DNA from: Azolla caroliniana
Lineage: Eukaryota; Plantae; Polypodiophyta
Reading direction: 5' to 3'
Assembly: GCA_043228905.1 (NCBI GenBank)
Contig: JBHGNT010000010.1
Coordinates: 12,710,001-12,774,000 of the forward strand
Length of the DNA stretch: 64,000 bases
Positions 1-14,491 of the stretch are shown one piece after another (the first letter of the stretch is position 1; each line of letters opens with the position of its first letter). The notes below the pieces were generated by a model. The model saw nothing but the letters and a program-made list of their open reading frames with translations, did not search any database and was not told where the DNA came from. The position numbers and the translations under genes were made by a program.

Positions 1-41
1 TGTTTTAGCTTGTTTCTAATTTTAATGTTAGTGATTAATCC

Positions 42-103
<62 letters not shown>

Positions 104-426
104 CCCTTCCTCTATCTCTTATTATGCCTCACTTACACCAAGTTTGTCAAATGATTTGGGTGTGCTCAAATTATTCTTGGTGTTTCTTTTCACTTTATCC
201 CCTCTTGCACTTAATCGTAAACCCTTTTACCCTCTAAACCCTAAGCCCAAAACAAACACTAAACCCTAATTCTTAAACCCTAACCCTAACCCTAAACCCA
301 AACCAAAACTCAAACCCTAATTCCTAAACCCTAAACCTTTTCTCTATAACTCTACATCTTACATACTACACCCACCGATTGCCTACCGTCCGCACTCCTT
401 GTTTCGACTTCACTGTCCAATTGAGA
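1..426 (+). repeat. Partial third copy (3' part) of the hammerhead-element terminal direct repeat, truncated by the window start
   Basis: Near-identical to ~41621-42044 and ~29718-30111: (CT)n, TAAACCC/TAACCC tract and end ...GTCCAATTGAGA. It is followed by the same array flank as the 42044 junction. Confidence 0.9.
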
Positions 427-3400
427 GTGTCGTAGAATAATCCTAAGCTTTTCGTTGATGCTTGCGCAAAATATAAATATTGTTTATTTCTAATCAATGA
501 TTGCAGTATTAAAAAGCACGCAAAATGTGATCCATTGTAGTCTAGTTGGTTAGGATACTCGGCTCTCACCCGACAGTCCCGGTTTCCACTCCGGGCAATG
601 GAAACGAAAATGTAAAATATTAAATTTCCGACGAATATAATGCGTTATCTGTTTGATAACTCAAAAACTCGAGACCTAAAGTAAATGTTACAATAATGTA
701 CAGTTAACAAAACAATCAATATTATGTTTGAAGCATTGATGACGAACTTTACTTTGATATTTCCCTCCTAACTTCAATTTGTAAACTTAATCCCATTATT
801 TGATTAATGGTAGAAGTTTCAAATGAAATTGGACAAAACATTATGTTGTTCAAGACAACAAGAAACAGTATATTTGGTTGTGGTTATTTGTAAACATTGG
901 TACAACAAATTAGTACACCAACAATTATAGTTTGGATAACTCGATACAATTTGAAACAATACGCATAGATTGTAGAATAATGGTCAACTGTCGATCAAAA
1001 TTGCACCATGTTTCTTTACTTTTAACAAAGGAATAGAATGGTACATTAACTAATTCATTTACTAAATGAATTCCATTGTAATCAAATTTCCTCGGATCCT
1101 TGCTTTTTACCTGAAACGCCCGGGTACAATTAGATATCTGAGATATCATGAGTTAATGTGGAATATATAAAAACCCTTGAAATTATTAAATCTTAAAAAT
1201 GAGATTGCAAGATTAAAAAGCACACAAAATGTGATCCATTGAAGTCTAGTTGGTTGTGATACTCGGCTCTCACCTGAGAGACCCGAGATCAACTCCCGGC
1301 AATGGAAACGATTGGGCATATAGTACACCAACAATTATACTTTAGATAACTTGATACAATTTACAAAAATACACATAGATTGTCAAATAATGATGAATTT
1401 TCGATGAAAATTACACCATGTTTCTTTATTTGAAGTAAAGCAGTAGAATATTACATTCACTAATTCATTTACTAAATGAATTCCATTGTAGTCTAGTTGG
1501 TTCGGATCCTTGTTTTTTACACAAGACTCCCAGGTACAACAATTGGAATGGCAAAAACTAGATACATCATAGATCATGAGTTAATATCACATCGATAAAA
1601 ACCCTCAGTTTCTCGTGGATGCTTGCGCAATATATAAATATTATTTATTACTAATCAATCATTACAAAATTAAAAAGTACACTAGATATGATCCATTGTA
1701 GTTTAGCTGGTTAGGATACTTGGCTCTCACCTTAGAGACCCGGGGTGAACTACCAGCAATGGAAACGACAATATCATATATAAAATTCTCGACACATATT
1801 ATGTGTTAATTGTTTGATAACTCAAAAAATCAAGCTCTAAAGTAGTTGTTAGAATAATGTAAAATTAAGAAAATAATCAAAATTATGTTTGAAGGATTGA
1901 TGACGAACTTTGCTTTGATATTTTTCTCCTAACATCAATTTCTAAACTTAATCCCATTATTCAATTAATAGTATAGGTTTCAAATGAAATTTGACAAAAC
2001 ATGATGTTGTTCGGGACCAGAAGAAGCAGTATATTTAGTCGTGATTATTTGTCAACATGGTTACGACAAATTAGTACATCGACAATTATAGTTTGGATAA
2101 CTTGATAGAATTTCCAAAAATACGTATAGATTGTAGAATAATGGTGAACTCTCGATAAACATTGTACCATATTTCTTTTTTTGAAGCAAAGGATTAGAAT
2201 ATTACATTAACTAATTCATGTACTAAATGAATTCCATGGTAGTCTAGTTTGTTCGGATGCTTGTTTTCACACAAGACTCCCATATATAACATTATGTTGT
2301 TCGGGACAACAAGAAGCGGTAGATTAGGTTGTGGTTATTCGTCAAGATTGTTACGATAAATTAGTACACCAACAATTATAATTTGGATAACTTGATACAA
2401 TTTCAAACAATACGCATAGATTGCAAAATAATGGTCAACTCTCGACAAGCATTTCACCATGTTTCTTTCTTTGTAGCAAAGCACTAGAATAGTACATTGA
2501 CTAGTTCATTTACTCAATAATGGTCAACCCGTGAAATGATTAAATCTTACAAACGAGAGTGTGTTAGAATAATCCTCTGTTTCTCGTTGATGCTTACGCA
2601 ATATATAAATATCATTTATTTCTAATCAATGATTGAAGTATTAAAAAGCACACTTAGTGTGATCCATTGTAGTCTAGTTGGTTAGGATACTCGGCCCTCA
2701 TCCGAGAGAGCCGTGTTCAATTCCCGGTAATGGAAAAGATCGTATCATATATTAAATTTTCAACACATATCATGTGTTAACTTTTTCATAACTCAAAAAG
2801 TCAAGACCTAAAGTAGTTGTTCCAATAATGTACAATTAACAAAATAATCAATATTATGTTTGAAGGATTGACAAAGAACTTTACTTTAAATTTTTTCTCC
2901 TAATATCAATTTCTAAAGTTAATCCGATTATTCAATTAATGGAAGAGATTTCAAATCAAATTGGACAAAACAGTATGTTGTTCAAGACAACAAAAAGAAG
3001 TATATTTGGTTGTGGTTGTTAGTCAACATTGGTACGACAAATTAGTACATCAACAATTATAGTTGGGTTAACTCGAAACAATTATAGTTGGGAACAACAA
3101 TAGGCATTGGAAAAACTAGATACATTATATATCATGAGTTAATGTGCCATCGATAAAAACCCGTGAATTTATTAAATCTTAAAAACGAGAGTGTGTTAGA
3201 ATAGTCCTCTGTTTCTTGTTGATGCTTGAGAAATATATAAATATTATTTATTACTAATCAATGATTGCATTATTAAAAAGTGTAGAAGATGTGATCCACT
3301 GAAGTCTACTTGGTTAGAATACTCGGTTCCTTGCTTTTTACCTGAGACGCCCGGGTACAACTAGATATATCAGATATCATGAGTGAATGTGGCATCGAGA

Positions 3401-6400
3401 AAAAGCCTTGAAATTATTAAATCTTAAAAACGAGAGTGTGGTAGAATAATCCTCAGTTTTTTGTTGTTGCTTGTGAGAAATATATCTATCATTTATATCT
3501 AATCAATGATTGCAATATTAATAAGCACACAAAATGTGATCCATTGTAGTCTAGTTGGTTAGGATACTTGGCTCTCAACCGAGAGACCCGGGTTCAACTC
3601 CTAGCAATGGAAACGACAATGTCATATATTAAATTTCAATAATCAATATTATGTTTGAAGGATTGACAACGAACTTTGCTTTGATTTTTTTCTCAAAACA
3701 TCAATTTCTAAACTTAATCCCATTATTCAATTAATAGTATAGGTTTCAAATGAGATTTGCCAAAACATTATGTTGTTCAGGACAAGAAGAAGCAATATAT
3801 TTAGTCGTGGTTATTCCTCAACATTGTTACGACAAATTAGTACACCAACAATTATAGTTTGGATAACTTGATACAATTTGCAAAAATACGCATTGATTGT
3901 CGAATAATGGTGAATTCCCGATGAGCATTGCACAATGTTTCTTTATTTGAAGTAAAGCACTAAAATATTACATTCACTAATTCATTTACTAAATGAATTC
4001 CAATGTAGTCTAGTTGGTTCGGATCCTTGTTTTTTACACGAGACTCCCTAGTACAACAACTCGCATGGGAAAAACTAGATACATCATAGATCATGAGGTA
4101 ATATCGCATCGATAAAAGCCCTTGAAATTATTAAATCTTAAAAACGAGAGTGTGTTAGAATAATCCTCAGTTTCTCTTTGATGCTTGCCCAAAATATCAA
4201 TATTACTTATTACTAATCTATGATTGCAATATATTTATACATAAGATAGGATCCATTGTAGTCTAGTTGGTTAGGATACTCGGCTTTCACCCGAGAGACC
4301 CGTGTTCAACTCCAAGCAATGGAAATGACAATATCATATTATAAATCTCCAACGCATATCATGTGTTAACTGTTTGATAATTCAAAAAATCAAGACATAA
4401 AGTAGTTGTTACAATAATGTAAAATTAACAAAATAATCAATATTATGTTTGAAGGATTGATGACAAACTTTAGTTTGGTTTTTATAGTTCGGATAACTTG
4501 ATAGAATTTCCAAACATACGCATTGATAGTAGAATAATGTTGAACTCTCCATCAACATTACACCATAGTGTTTTATTTGAAGAAAAGCACTAGAATATTA
4601 CATTGAGAAATTCATTTACTAAATAAATTCTATGGTAGTCTAGTTGGTTCGGATCCTTGTTTTTTACACGACACTCCCGGGTACAACAATAGGCATTGGA
4701 AAAACTAGATACGTCATAGATCATGAGGTAATGTCGCATAGATAAAAACCCTTGAAATTATTTAATCTTAAAAACGAGAGTGTGAGAGAATAATCCTTAG
4801 TTTCTCGTTAATGCTTGCGCAATATATAAATATTATTTATTACTAATCTATGATTGCAATATTAAGAAGTACACAAGATAGGATCCATTGTAGTCTACTT
4901 GGTTAGGATACTCGGCTTTCACCTGAGAGACCCGGGTTCAACTCCCGACAATGGAACTGATTATATCATATATTAAATTTCCGACTCATAGCATGTGTTA
5001 ACGGTTTGATAACTCAAAAACTCAAGACCCAAAGTAGATGTTACACTAATGTACAGTTTACAAAATAATGAATGTTATGTTTGAAGGTTTGATGACGAAC
5101 TTTCCTTTCATTTTTTTCTCCTAACATCAATTTCTAAACTTAATCCCAATATTCAATTAATAGTAGATGTTTCAAATGAAATTTGACAAAACATTATGTT
5201 GTTCGGGACAAGAATAAGAAATATATTTAGTCATGCTTATATCTCAACATGGTTACGACAAATTAGTACACCGACAATTATAGTTTGGATAACTGGATAG
5301 AATTTCCCAAAATACGCATAGATTGTAGAATAATGGTGAACTCTCGATTAACATTGCACCAAATTTCTTTATTTGAAGCAAAGCACATGAATATTACATT
5401 AACTAATTCACTTACTAAATGAATTCCATTGTAGTCTAGTTAGTTCGGATCCTTCTTTTTTACATGAGACTCCCGGCTAGAACATTATGTTTATTCGGGA
5501 AAACAAGAAGCAGTAGATTTGGTTATGGCTATTCCTGAACATTGTTATGACAAATTACTACACCAACAATTATAGTTTGGATTACTTAATACATAGATTG
5601 TAGAATAATGGTCAATTGTCGATGACTATTCGACTATGTTTCTTGATTTGTAACAAAGGACTACAATGGTACATTAACTAATTCATTACCAAAGGACTAG
5701 AATGATACATTATAATCAAGTTGCCTCACATCCTTACTTTTTACCTGGGATGCCCGTCTACAAGTAGATATATCATATATCATGTGTTAATGTGGCATCG
5801 ATAAAAACCCTTGAAATTATCAAATCCTTAAAACGATAGTGTGCTAGAATAACCCTCAATTCGTCATTGATGCTTGCGCAATATATAAATATTATTTATT
5901 TCTAATCAATGAGTGCAATATAAAAAAGCACACAAGATGTTATCCATTGTAGTCTAGTCTGTTACGATACTTAGCTTTCACCCGAGAGACCCGGGTTTAA
6001 CTCCCGGCAATGGAAACGACAATATCATATATAAAATTTCCGACGTATATCATGTGTTAATTGTTTGATAACTCAAAAAGTCAAGCTCTAAAGTAGTTGT
6101 TAGAATAATGTACAATTAACAAAATAATCAATATTATGTTTGAAGGATTGATGACGAACCTTGCTTTGATTTGTTTCTCCTAAGATCAATTTCTAAACTT
6201 AATCCCATTATTCAATTAATAGTATAGGTTTCAAATGAGATTTGACAAAACATTATGTTGTTCGGGACAAGAAGAAGCAGTATATTTAGTCGTGCTTATT
6301 TCTCAACATGGTTACGACAAATTAGTACATCGACAATTATAGTTTGGATAACTTGATAGAATTTCCAAAAATACGCATAGATTGTAGAGTAATGGTGAAC

Positions 6401-9400
6401 TCTCAATCAACATTGCACCATATTTCTTTATTTGAAGCAAAGCAAATGAATATTACATTAACTAATTCACTTACTAAATGAATTCCATTGTAGTCTAGTT
6501 CGTTCGGATCCTTGTTTTAGTACGCATAGATTGAAGAATAATGGTCAACTGTCGAGAGACCCGGGTTCAACTCCCACCAATAGAAAAGACAATATCATAT
6601 ATCATATTTTGCTACGCATGTCATGTGTTAAGTGTTCGATAACTGAAAAACTGAAGACCTAAAGTAGTTGTTACAATAATGTACAATTAACAAAATAAGC
6701 CCAACATTAATTTCTCCTAACATTAATTTCTAAACTTAATCCCATTATTCAATTAGTAGTAGAGGTTTCAAATGAAATTTGACAAAACATTATGTTGTTC
6801 GAGAGAAGAAGAAGTAGTATATTTAGTCATGGTTATTTCTCAACATTGTTACGATAAATTAGTACACCAAAAATTATAGTTTGGATAACCCCATACAATT
6901 TGAAACAATACCTATAGATTGCAGAATACTGGTCAACTGTCGATGAGCATTGCATCATGTTTCTTTATTTGTAACATAGGACTAGAATGGTACATTAACT
7001 AATTCATTTACCAAATGAATTCCATTAAAATCCAGTTGTGTCGTATCCTGGCTTTTTACCTAAGACACACGGGTACAAGTAGATATATCATATATCATGA
7101 GTTACTGTGGCATCGAGAAAAACCCTTGAAATTAGTAAATCTTAAAAACGAGAGTGTGATAGAATAATTGTCAGTTTCTCATTGATGCTTGCGCAATATA
7201 TAAATATTATTTATTACTAACCAATGATTGCAATATTAGAAACTGCACAAGATGTGATCCATTGTAGTCTAGTTGGTTAGGATACTTGGCTCTCACCCGA
7301 GAGACCCGGGTTCAATTCCCCGCAATGGAAACGATATTATCATATATTTATAGTCCGACACATATCACGTGTTAACTGTTTGATTACTCAAAAACTCAAA
7401 AGCTAAAGTAGGTGTTGCAATAATGTACAATTAACTAAATAATCAATATTATGCTAGACGGATTGATGACGAAATTTACTTTGATTTCTTTCTCCTAACA
7501 TCAATTTCTAAACTTAATCCCATTATTCGATTAATGGTAGAGGTTTCGAATGAACTTGGATGAAACATTATGTTGTTCGGGTCAACAACAAGAAGTATAT
7601 TTAGTTTTGGTTATTCCGCAACATTGTTAAGATAAATTAGTACACCAACAAGTATACTTTGGATAACTCGATACAATTTCAAACAATACGCACAGATTGC
7701 CGAATAATGGTTAACTGTCAATGAGCATTGCACCATGTTTCTTTTTCTGTAACAAAGGACTAGAATGGTACATTAACTAATTCATTTATTAAATGAATTC
7801 CATTGTAATCAAGTTGCCTCGGATACTTGCTTATAACCCGAGACGCACGACTACAAGTACATATATCATATATTATGAGTTAATGTGGCATCGATAAAAA
7901 CCCTTGAAATTATTAAATCTTAAACCGAGAGTGTGTTAGAATAATCCTCAGTTTTTCGTTCATGCTTGCGAAAAATATATATACATATATTTTCTAATCA
8001 ATGATTGCAATAATAGAAAGCAGAGAAGATGTAATCCATTGTAGTCTAGTTGGTTAGAATACTCTGCTCCCACCCAAGAGAACCGGGTTCAACTCCCGTC
8101 AATGGATACATCATAGCCATGAGTTAATTTGGCATATATATAAAAACGCGTGAAATTATTAAATCTTAAAAAGGAGACTATGTTAGAATAATCCTGTGTT
8201 TCTCATAGATGCTTGCGCAATATATAAATATTATTTATTTTTTTCTTTTAACATCAATTTCTAAACTTAATCCTATTATTCAATTAATGGTAGAGGTTTC
8301 AAATGAAATTTGACAAAACATTATGTTGTTCGAGATAACAAGAAGCAGTATATTTAGTTCTGGTTATTCCACAACTTTGTTACGGCAAATTATTACACCA
8401 ACAATTAGATTTTGGAATTTCAAACAATACGCATAGATTGCAGAATAATGGTCAATTGTCGATGAGTATGCACCATGTTTCTTTATTTCTAACAAAGGAC
8501 TAAAATGGTACATTAACTAAGTCATTTACTAAATGAATAGCATTGTAATGAAGTTGCCTCGGATCCTATCTTTTCACCTGAGACGCCCGGGTAGAAGTAG
8601 ATATATCCTATATCATGAGTTAATATGGCATCGATGGAAACCCTTGCAATTATTATTTATTACTAATCAATGATTGCAATATTGAAAAGTAGACAAGATA
8701 TGATCCATTGTAGTCTAGTTGGTTTGGATACTAGGCTCTCACCCGAGAGACCCGGGTTCAACTCCCAACAATAGAAACGGCAATATCATATATTAAATTT
8801 CCGATGCATATCATGTTTTAATTGTTTGATAACTCAAAAACTCAAGATTATGTTTGAAGGATTGATGACTAACATTCCTCGATCAACATTGCAAAAATAC
8901 GCATAGATTGTAGAATAATGGTGAACTCTCGATCAACATTGCAACATATTTATTTATTTGAAGCAAATCACTAGAATATTACATTAACTAATTCATTTAC
9001 TAAAGTAATTTCATTGTAGTCTACTTGGTTCGGATCCTTGTTTTTTACACGAGACTCCCAGGGAAAACAATAGGCATTGGAAAAACTAGATACATCATAG
9101 ATCATGAGGTAATGTCGCATCGATAAAAACCCTTGAAATTATTTAATTTTAAAAATGAGAGTGTGGTAGAATAATCCTGAGTTTTTCGTTGATGCTTGCG
9201 CAATATATAAATATTATTTATTACTAATCTATAATTGCAATATTAAAAAGTACACAAGATATAATCCATTGTAGTCTAGTTGCAATATTAAAAAGTACAC
9301 CCGATAGACCTCAATTCAACTCCCTGCAATGGAAACGACAATATCATATATTAAATTTCCGACGGATATCATGTGTTAACTGTTTGATAACTCAAAAACT

Positions 9401-12400
9401 AGTTGTTACAATAATGTACAATTAACAAAATAATCAGTATTATGTTTGAAGGATTGATGACGAACATTACTTTTTCTATTAGTACATTGACTAATTGATT
9501 TTTTAAATGAATTCCATTGTAATCCAGTTGCCTCGAATCGTTAATTTCTACTCGAAACGTGCGGGGACAAGTACAAGCATACGAAAAACTAAATACATTA
9601 TATATCATGAGTTAATGTGGCATCGATAAAAACCCGTGAAATTAATAAATGTTAAAAACGAGAGTGTGTTAGAATAATCCAGTGTTTCTTGTTGATGCCT
9701 GTGCAATATATAAATATTATTTACTACTAAAGAATGATTGCACTATTAAAAAGTGTACAAGATGTGATCCATTAAAGTCTAGTTGGTTAGAATACTAGCC
9801 TCTCACCCAAGAGACCCGTGTTCAACTACTGGGAATAGAAAGGACAATATCATATATAAAAGTTTGCAACGTATGTGATCTGTTTGATAACTCAAAAACT
9901 CAAGACGTAGAGTTACAATAATGTACAATTAACAAAATAATTAATATTATGTTTGAAGGATTGATAAAGAACTTTGGTTTGATTTTTTTCTCCTCACATC
10001 AATTTCAAAACTTCATCCCAATATTCAATTAATAGTAGAGGTTTTTGATGAAATTTTACAAAACATTATGTTGTTCGGGACAACAAAGAACAGTATATTT
10101 ATTTGTCGTTATTCCTCAACATTGTTTCAACATATTAGTACACCAAGAATTATAGTTTGCATCCTTGTTTTTTACACGAGACTCCCGGGTAGAACGATGG
10201 ACATAGATAAAAACCCTTGAAATTATTAAATCTTAAAAACGAGAGTGTGTTAGAATAATCCTTAGTTTCTAGTTGCTGCTTGTACATTATATAAATATTA
10301 TTTATTACTAATCAATCAATTTCTAAACTTAATCCCATTATTCAATTTCTAAACTTAATCCCATTATTCAATTAATAGTAGAGGTTTCAAATGAAATTTG
10401 ACAAAATATTATGTTGTTCGGGTCAAGAAGAAGCAATATACTTAGTCGTGCTTATTTCTCAACATGGTTACGACAAATTAGTACACCAATAATTATAGTT
10501 TGGATGACTTGATACAATTTCAAACAATACGCATAGATTGCAAAATAATGGTCAACTGTCGACAAGCATTGCACCATGTTTCTTTATTTGTAGCAAAGCA
10601 CTAGAATAGTACATTAACTAATTCATTTACTAAATGAATTCCATTGTAATGAAGTTGCCTTGAACCATTGATTTTTACCCGAGACGCGTGGGTAGAAGAA
10701 TAGGCATAGGAAAAACTAGATACATCATTGATTATGAGTTAATTTGGCATCAATAAAAACTTGTGAAATTATTAAATCTTAAAAACGAGAGTGTGTTAGA
10801 GTAATCCTCTGTTTCTCGTTGATGCTTGCGCAATATAGAAATAATATTTATTACTAATCAATGATTACAATATTAAAAAGTGCAGAAGATGTGATCTAGT
10901 GTAGTCTAGTTGGTTAGGATACTCGGATGTCACCCGAGAGACTAGGGTTTAATTCCCGGAAATGCAAACGACAATATGATATATTAAACTTCTGACGCAT
11001 ATGTGTTAATTGTTTTGATAACTCAAAAACTCAAGACCTAAAGTAGGTGTTACAATAATGTACAATTAACAAAATAATCAATATTATGTTTACAGGACGG
11101 AGAAAGAGCTTTACTTTGATTTTTTTCTACTAACATCAATTTCTAAATTTAATCCCATTATTCGATTAATGGTAGAGGTTTTAATTTAAGTTGGACAAAA
11201 ATTATGTTGTTCGGGGCAACAAGAAGCAGTATATTTTGTTGTGGTTATTCGTCAACATTGTTACGGCAAATTAGTACACCAACAATTATAGTTTGGATAA
11301 CTAGATACAATTTCAAACAATACGCATCGGTTGTAGAATAATGGTCAACTATCAATGACTATTGCACCATGTTTCTTTATTTGTAACAAAGCACTACAAA
11401 TGTAAATTAACTAATTCATTTACTAAATGAATTCCATTTTTATCAAGTTGCCTCGGATCCTTGCTTTTTACATGTGACGCCCGGCTACAAGTAGATATAC
11501 CATATATTATGAGTATATGTGGCATCGATAAAAACTCTTGAAATTATTAAATCCTAAAAAGGGGAGTGTGTTAAAATAATCCTCGGTTTTTAGTTAATGC
11601 TTGCGCAATATATAAATATTATTTATTTCTAATCAATGATAGCAAGATTAAAAAACACACAATATGTGATCCACGATAGTCTAGTTGGTAAGGATACTTG
11701 GCTCTCACCTGAGAGACCCGGGTTCAACTCTCGCCAATGGAAACAACAATATCATATATTAAATTTTTGGTGCATATCAGGTGTTAAAGTACGTGTTACA
11801 ATAATGTACAATTAACAAAATAATCAATATTATGTTTGAATGATTCATGACGAACTTTACTTTGATTTTCTTCTCCTAACATCAATTTCTAAACTTAATT
11901 CCATTATTCGATTAATGGTAGAGGTTTTGAATGAAATTGGAGAAAATATTATGTGGTTCAGGACAACAAGAAGAAGTATATTTAGGTGTGGTTATTCCTC
12001 AACATTGTTACGATAAATTAGTACACCAACAATTATAGTTTAGATAACTTGATTCAATTTCAAACAATACGCATAGATTGCAGAATAATGTTCAACTGTC
12101 AACAAGCATTGAACCATTTCTGTTTATTTGTGTAGTCTAGTTGGTTAGAATTCTCGGCTCTCACCCGAGAGACCCGGGTTCAACTCCCGACAATGTAAAC
12201 GACAATATCATATATTAAATTTCCGACGGATATCATGTTTTAACTGTTTGATAACTCGAAAACTCAAGACCTAAAGTAGGTGTTACAATAATGTACAATT
12301 AACAAAATAATCAATATTATGTTTCAAGGATTGATGACGAACATAACATTAATTTTTTTTCTCCTAACATGAATTTGTAAACTTAATCCCATTATTCGAT

Positions 12401-12567
12401 TAATGGTAGAGGTTTTTATTGAAATTGGACAAAACATAATGTTGTTCGGGACAACATGAAGCAGTATATTTGGATAATCCTCACTTTCTCGTTGTTGCTT
12501 GCGCAATATATAAATATTATTTATTACTAATCAATGATTGCAATATTAAAAAGTACACAAGATGTGA

Positions 12568-12640
12568 TCCATTGTAGTCTAGTTGGTTAGGATACTCGGC
12601 TCTCACCCGAGAGACCCGGGTTCAACTCCCAGCAATGGAA
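12568..12640 (+). tRNA. tRNA-Glu(CTC), near intact (one T-stem mismatch)
   Basis: 73 nt cloverleaf: acceptor TCCATTG/CAATGGA, anticodon arm CTCGG-CTCTCAC-CCGAG, T arm CCGGG-TTCAACT-CCCAG. Confidence 0.7.
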
Positions 12641-14491
12641 ACGACGATATCATATATTAAATTTTTGACGCATATCATGTTTTAACTGTTTGAGAACTCA
12701 AGACCTAAAGTAGGTTTTACAAGAATGTACAATTAATAGAATAATCAATATTATGTTTGAAGGATTGACATCAATTTCTAAACTTAATTCCATTTTTCAA
12801 TTAATAGTACAGGTTTCATATGAAATTCAACTAATCATTATGTTGTTTAGTACAGGAATAAGTACTATATTTAGTTGTGGTTATTCCTCAACATTGTTAC
12901 GACAAATTAGTAAACCGAAAATTATAGTTTGGATAACTTGATACTATTTCCAAATATACGCATAGATTGTCGAATAATGGTGAATTCTTGATGAGCATTG
13001 CACCATGTTTGTTTATTTGAACGAAAGCACTTGAATATTACATTAACTAATTCATTTACTAAATGAATTCCATTGCAGCCTAGTTCGTTCAGATCCATGT
13101 TTTTTCCACAAGACTACCGGGTACAACAATAGGCATTGGAAAAACTAGATACATCATAGATGATAAGGTAATGTCAGATCGATAAAAACCATTGAAATTA
13201 TAAAATCTTAAAAAACAGAGCGTGTTAGAATAATCCTCAGTTTCTCATTGATGCTTGGGCAATATATAAATATTATTTATTACTAATCAATAATTGCAAT
13301 ATTAAAAAGTACACAAGATTAGATCCATTGTAGTCTAGTTGGTTAGGATTCTCGGCTCTTACCCGAGAGACCCGGGGTCAACTCCCGGCAATGGAAACGA
13401 CAATATCATATATTAAATTTACGACGGATATTATGTTTTAACTGTTTGATAACTCGAAAAATCAAGACCTAAAGTAGGTGTTACAATAATGTATAATTAA
13501 CAAAATAATCAATATTATGTTTGAAGGATTGATGACGAACATAACATTAATTTTTTTCTCCTAACATCAATTTCTAAACTTAATCCCATTATTCGATTAA
13601 TGGTAGATGTTTTAATTAAAATTGGAGAAAACATTATGTTGTTCGGGACAGCAAGAAGCAGTATATTTGGTTGTGGTTATTCGTCAACATTGTTACGGCA
13701 AATTAGTACACCAACAATTTTAGTTTGGATAACTTGATACAATTTCAAACAATACGCATCAATTGTAGAATAATGGTCAACTATCGATGACTATTGCACC
13801 ATGTTTCTTTATTAGTAACAAAGCATTAGAATTGTAAATTAACTAATTCATTTACTAAATGAATTCCCTTATTATCAACTTGCCTCGGATCCTTGCTTTT
13901 TACATGGGACACCCAGGTACAAGTAGATATAGCATATATCATGAGTAAATGTGGCATCGATAAGAACCCTCGAAATTATTAAATCATAAAAATGAGAGTG
14001 TGGTATAATAATCATCAGTTTCTCATTGATGCTTGCACAATATATAAATATTATCTATTACTAATTAATGATTGCAATATTAAAAAGTGCACAAGATGTG
14101 ATCCATTGTAGTTTAGTTGGTTAGGATACTCGGCTCTCACCCGAGAGACCCGGGTTCAACTTCTGGCAATGGCAACGACAATATCATATATTAAATTTTC
14201 AACGTAAATCATGTGTTAACTATTTGATAACTCAAGACCTAAAGTAGGTGTTACAATAATGTACAATTAACAAAATAATCAATATTGTTACGATAAATTA
14301 GTACACCAATAATTATAGTTTGGATAACTTGATAAAATTTCAAACAATATGTACAGATTGCAAAATAATGGTCAATGATCGACAAGCATTGCACCTTGTT
14401 TCTTTATTTGTAGCAAAGCACTAGAATAGTACATTAACTAATTCATTTACTCAATGTATTCCATTGTAATCAAGTTGCCTCGAATCGTTGA

